NCBI GenBank assembly: GCA_037443035.1
Contig: JBBIPC010000015.1
Span: 30,887 to 94,886 of the forward strand
Reading direction: 5' to 3'
Origin: Chthonomonadales bacterium
Lineage (GTDB): Bacteria > Armatimonadota > Chthonomonadetes > Chthonomonadales > CAJBBX01
Length of the DNA stretch: 64,000 nt
The notes under the pieces were generated by a model. It had not been told where the DNA came from and did not search any database. It saw nothing but the letters and a program-made list of their open reading frames with translations. This document shows positions 60,527-64,000 of this stretch, in pieces (position 1 is the first letter of the stretch; each line of letters starts with the position of its first letter). The position numbers were made by a program, and so were the translations under genes.

Positions 60527-61420
60527 ATGGATGCCCATGCCGTGGGGATGACGCGACGCGAAATGCTCCTCGCTGGCGCGTTCGCAAACCCATTTGTGGG
60601 TCGCCGGATCGCCGCTTCCCGACGCAGTTCCGTGATCGTTCTGTGGATGAACGGTGGGCCGAGCCAGTGGGATACCTTCGCGCCAGAACCAGAGCTGACA
60701 CCGTTTCGGCTCGTGGCCACTAGCGCTCGCGGCGTTCAGTTCACTACCCATCTGCCCCGATTGGCCGACAGGGCCCATCGCCTGGCTATCCTTCGCGACG
60801 TCGTCGTGCCCGAGGCCAACCACCGTCGCGCCTGGTACCTCGTCCACACAGGTCAGCGCGCACCGCTCACGCTGGTCCCTCCTCCGCGTCCTGGCCCCAT
60901 GCTGGACTCGCTCTGGACAACGTATCCCCGGGCCTTCCTCTCCCCCGTAAGCGAGGCCGCAAAGCGGCGCTATGGAGACAGTCCGTTCGGCCGCGGATGC
61001 CTCCTTGCGCGTCGATTGGTAGAGGAAGGGGCGCCCCTGGTGGAAGTCGAGCTGGACGGTTGGGACGTGCATTGCGACAGTCGGCTACGTCTGCCAGCTC
61101 TGCTGGACACCCTCGATGGGGCCTTCGCCGCGCTGCTGGACGACCTCGCTGAGCGGGACCTCCAGGACACGACTCTGGTCGTGTGGATGGGGGAGTTCGG
61201 AAGGACTGCCAAGCTGAATCATCTGGGAGGCACCGATCACGATCCAGCGCATGCGTGCGTGGTCATGGCAGGCTGCGGCGTACGAGGCGGTTGCGTACAC
61301 GAGTCCTCGGGACTACGCATCGAACGCGTCCTTGCAACCATCCGTGAGCTGCATGCGCGCGTTCCCGAGCGTCGAAGCAGTGCCTGTCTGTCCGCCCTGT
61401 CTCGGAGCCTCACGGCGTGA
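60527..61420 (+). CDS. DUF1501 family protein (short, 297 aa)
   Basis: MTRREML Tat-like motif; LWMNGGPSQWDTF, FGRGCLLARRLVE, GWDVH, GEFGRT, GTDH. Confidence 0.8.
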   Translation: MDAHAVGMTRREMLLAGAFANPFVGRRIAASRRSSVIVLWMNGGPSQWDTFAPEPELTPFRLVATSARGVQFTTHLPRLADRAHRLAILRDVVVPEANHRRAWYLVHTGQRAPLTLVPPPRPGPMLDSLWTTYPRAFLSPVSEAAKRRYGDSPFGRGCLLARRLVEEGAPLVEVELDGWDVHCDSRLRLPALLDTLDGAFAALLDDLAERDLQDTTLVVWMGEFGRTAKLNHLGGTDHDPAHACVVMAGCGVRGGCVHESSGLRIERVLATIRELHARVPERRSSACLSALSRSLTA

Positions 61421-64000
61421 CTGCCTGGTTGCCGCTTGCCGTGATTGCGTCCTTGCCCTGCGTCACGGGGTCGGTTGTCGTACCGTATTCGCCGCGGGCG
61501 TGGATACCAGATAATGGCGATGCCCGTTGGGTACGTCCTACCCCCGTCGGTTTGGAGACGAACGGCTACTACATTCGGCGACCGAACACGGCCGCAGAGC
61601 GTGCCTCGTGGCGTAGCGCGTTGGAGCTCTTTCGCGAGGAGGCAAGGAGGCTGGCTAGAGAGCCCGCCGTCGCCGTGAACTACAAGGGCGTGCGAGCATG
61701 GATACGCCTCAGGACTTCTGTCGGCAGGGCACTGCGACTCCAGCCAGGCGAACCGGTGCGCGTCGTGGTGGAAGCACGTCTCCTCGCTGGGAATCCGGAG
61801 ATCTGCATGGCGTTCGACCTGCTCGATGCACGCACCGACCAGCAACGATCATGGTCCACGGTCCTGGCCACCGCGGAGCTACCTTCGGATGGCAAGTGGC
61901 ATACGCTCACCCTCCAGGCGCGGACGCCAGATTACGATGGAAGCGTTTGGCCCAACGTCATCGTCGGTCAGGACGCCACGCGGAATCCGTCACCCGGCCA
62001 GTGGGAGGTGCGCAGTATCGTCCTGGAACTCCCGGCGCAGAATGGGAGGCAGGTAGCAGCCGCGACAGCGCTGCAGGCGCTCGGCGCGCCCGGGTCCATC
62101 CATGCCCTCTATGACCGCAAGGACATGGCATGGGCCACCAGCAACTTCGCTTGCTACTTCCTGTTTCTCTACGACGAAGAGGTGTTCGACCGCGCAACGG
62201 GCCGCTATCGCGTACAGGAGCTGGTGGCGCGATGGATCCGGGAGTTCGGAGGCGTGGATTCGGTTGTTTTGTGGCATGCCTATCCTCGCATCGGTGTGGA
62301 CGATCGCAATCAGTTCGATTTCTACCGCGACCTTCCTGGTGGTATTCCAGGTGTGCGTCGACTCGTGAAGGATCTCCAAAGCCACGGCATCCGAGTTTTC
62401 CTGGCGTACAATCCGTGGGATATGGGAACGCGTCGCGAGCCAGTGTCGGATGCAGAGACTCTTGCACGTATGGTTCGTGCCCTGAACGCCGACGGGATCT
62501 TCCTCGACACGATGGTGGAGGCGCCTGCTGGACTACGCAATGCTGTGGACCGAGCCAGAAAAGGGGTAGTTTTCGAGCCAGAAGGGTCGCCTTCCATCGA
62601 GCAGCTCGGCGAGTGCAGCTCGTCGTGGGCGCAGTGGTTTCCTGAGTACCCGGAGCCGGCGGTGCCAGTGCTGAAGTGGATCGAGCCGCGCCATATCCAG
62701 CACTACATCCGGCGATGGGACAGGAGCCACTACGACGAGATTCGTTCAGCCTTCCTGTGCGGCAATGGCATGCTTCTGTGGGAGAATGTTTTCGGTTCGT
62801 GGAACCCGTGGAATAGGGAAGATGCTGCGCTATGGAAACGCTTGGTGCCTATCCTCCGGCGGTTTGCGCCGGTTTTCCGGTCAGCAAGGTGGGAACCCTT
62901 TGTCGGCAACATGCATGGTGGGTTGACCGTCCACCGATGGGCCATGGATGGCGCGGACCTCTACCTCTACTGGGCGCCGGAAGGATTGGCGCCAACGCCG
63001 TACGCGCTGGGTATTGCAGAGGGCGTTTGCAATGGTGAGGACCTGCTCAGTGGCGAGCCAATCACTGCCCCTGGGCAGCCCCTCGACACCATGAGGGGGC
63101 TGGGTGCCCTGGTCCTCCGCCAACGGGCCGATGCAACGATTCCGCCGCCGAATCCCATGCCGTCTGTCCCCGATGCTACGCCTGTCGCGAAACCCGCTAT
63201 TCCGCCAGCGTTTCAGCCCTCCGCTCCCTCGTCGGATGAATCGCCGACGCGCGGGATGGTCTATGTCCCTGGCGGTCGGGTGCACATGGCGTTGACCCAT
63301 GAGAGGCGCGAGTGTGGATGCATTCCCGACCCGGGTTCTTCGCCAGAGCAGGCTGCCTATTGGGCGTGGGGAAACCCATTCAACGAAGCTCTCGAGCACG
63401 ACTACTGGGTCACCGTAGCACCGTTTCATATGGACGAGTGCTTGGTGACCAATGGCGAGTACGAGCGGTTCCTTAGAGCAACCGGCTACCGGCCGAAGGA
63501 GCCGCACAACTTCCTGAAGCACTGGCGTGGGCGCAGGTGCCCGCCTGAACTGCGGGAACATCCCGTGGTCTACGTGGACCTAGAGGATGCGCGTGCATAT
63601 GCTCGATGGGCTGGCAAGCGACTTCCGACGGAAGAGGAGTGGCAACTCGCCGCTCAGGGCACGGACGGCCGAAAGTGGCCGTGGGGAAATGACTTTGACG
63701 CGGCACGATGCAACAGTTCGGGCAAGTGTACGACTCCTGTACGTGCCTACCCCTCAGGGCGGAGTCCCTTCGGATGCTACGACATGGCAGGCAACGTATG
63801 GCAGTGGACGGAAAGCGAAACGAGCGATGGCCACACCCGGTCGTGCATCATCCGCGGTGGGAGCTGGTTCGACGCGCCGGGGAGCATATGGTACGTCCAT
63901 GGCGGCCCGCAACCCCTGGACACGCACACCCGATTTCTCATGCTCTACCCTGGCCTCGACCGCTGCAGGACCATCGGGTTTCGATGCGTAAGGGATGTTG
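61417..64000 (+). CDS. Large multidomain protein with C-terminal formylglycine-generating enzyme (FGE/SUMF1)-type domain; runs off the window end; not in the supplied track
   Basis: GTG overlaps the DUF1501 stop; frame with positions 1 mod 3 gives FGGVDSVVLWHAYPRIGVDDRNQFD, VTNGEY..F, HPVVYV, GKRLPTEEEWQ, DMAGNVWQW, RGGSW, IGFRC. Confidence 0.85.
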   Translation, partial: MTAWLPLAVIASLPCVTGSVVVPYSPRAWIPDNGDARWVRPTPVGLETNGYYIRRPNTAAERASWRSALELFREEARRLAREPAVAVNYKGVRAWIRLRTSVGRALRLQPGEPVRVVVEARLLAGNPEICMAFDLLDARTDQQRSWSTVLATAELPSDGKWHTLTLQARTPDYDGSVWPNVIVGQDATRNPSPGQWEVRSIVLELPAQNGRQVAAATALQALGAPGSIHALYDRKDMAWATSNFACYFLFLYDEEVFDRATGRYRVQELVARWIREFGGVDSVVLWHAYPRIGVDDRNQFDFYRDLPGGIPGVRRLVKDLQSHGIRVFLAYNPWDMGTRREPVSDAETLARMVRALNADGIFLDTMVEAPAGLRNAVDRARKGVVFEPEGSPSIEQLGECSSSWAQWFPEYPEPAVPVLKWIEPRHIQHYIRRWDRSHYDEIRSAFLCGNGMLLWENVFGSWNPWNREDAALWKRLVPILRRFAPVFRSARWEPFVGNMHGGLTVHRWAMDGADLYLYWAPEGLAPTPYALGIAEGVCNGEDLLSGEPITAPGQPLDTMRGLGALVLRQRADATIPPPNPMPSVPDATPVAKPAIPPAFQPSAPSSDESPTRGMVYVPGGRVHMALTHERRECGCIPDPGSSPEQAAYWAWGNPFNEALEHDYWVTVAPFHMDECLVTNGEYERFLRATGYRPKEPHNFLKHWRGRRCPPELREHPVVYVDLEDARAYARWAGKRLPTEEEWQLAAQGTDGRKWPWGNDFDAARCNSSGKCTTPVRAYPSGRSPFGCYDMAGNVWQWTESETSDGHTRSCIIRGGSWFDAPGSIWYVHGGPQPLDTHTRFLMLYPGLDRCRTIGFRCVRDV

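Noticed and set aside
63800..64000. Diversity-generating retroelement targeting the FGE/CLec-fold C-terminus
   Set aside because: I saw no template repeat or reverse transcriptase in the window; sequence beyond 64000 cannot be assessed

Overview
A GC-rich bacterial chromosomal window with about 48 protein-coding genes. I found no rRNA, tRNA, CRISPR array, transposase or integrase. Tandem prepilin-like/H-X9-DG genes ([28 protein letters not shown]), a UroD-family gene, DUF1501 and many carbohydrate enzymes suggest Armatimonadota (inference). Housekeeping genes: metY, trxB, holB, nth, mnmG, queA, dedA. Carbohydrate enzymes: GH51, GH29, GH106, GH172/DUF2961, a GH-A-like DUF5060 lipoprotein, a polysaccharide deacetylase, GT4 and a nucleotide-sugar cluster. 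Proteolysis-related genes: an SPFH pair, a tricorn-like S41 protease and an S9B peptidase. Best leads: (1) a tightly coupled two-gene module of an atypical Hsp70 ending in TPR repeats and a minimal UvrD-like SF1 helicase (candidate undescribed defence/conflict or stress system); (2) a non-canonical cytochrome bd-like pair with a fused heme c; (3) an orphan sigma-region-4-like HTH/Cys4 gene between structured non-coding DNA, with a doubled AGAC-N4-GTCT-like motif upstream; (4) a GH172 with a pseudopilin-like C-terminal tail; (5) a BldC/Xis-like HTH behind a long disordered region. Two real ORFs are missing from the supplied track (85..258 and 61417..>64000). All family calls come from motif recognition by eye, not database searches.
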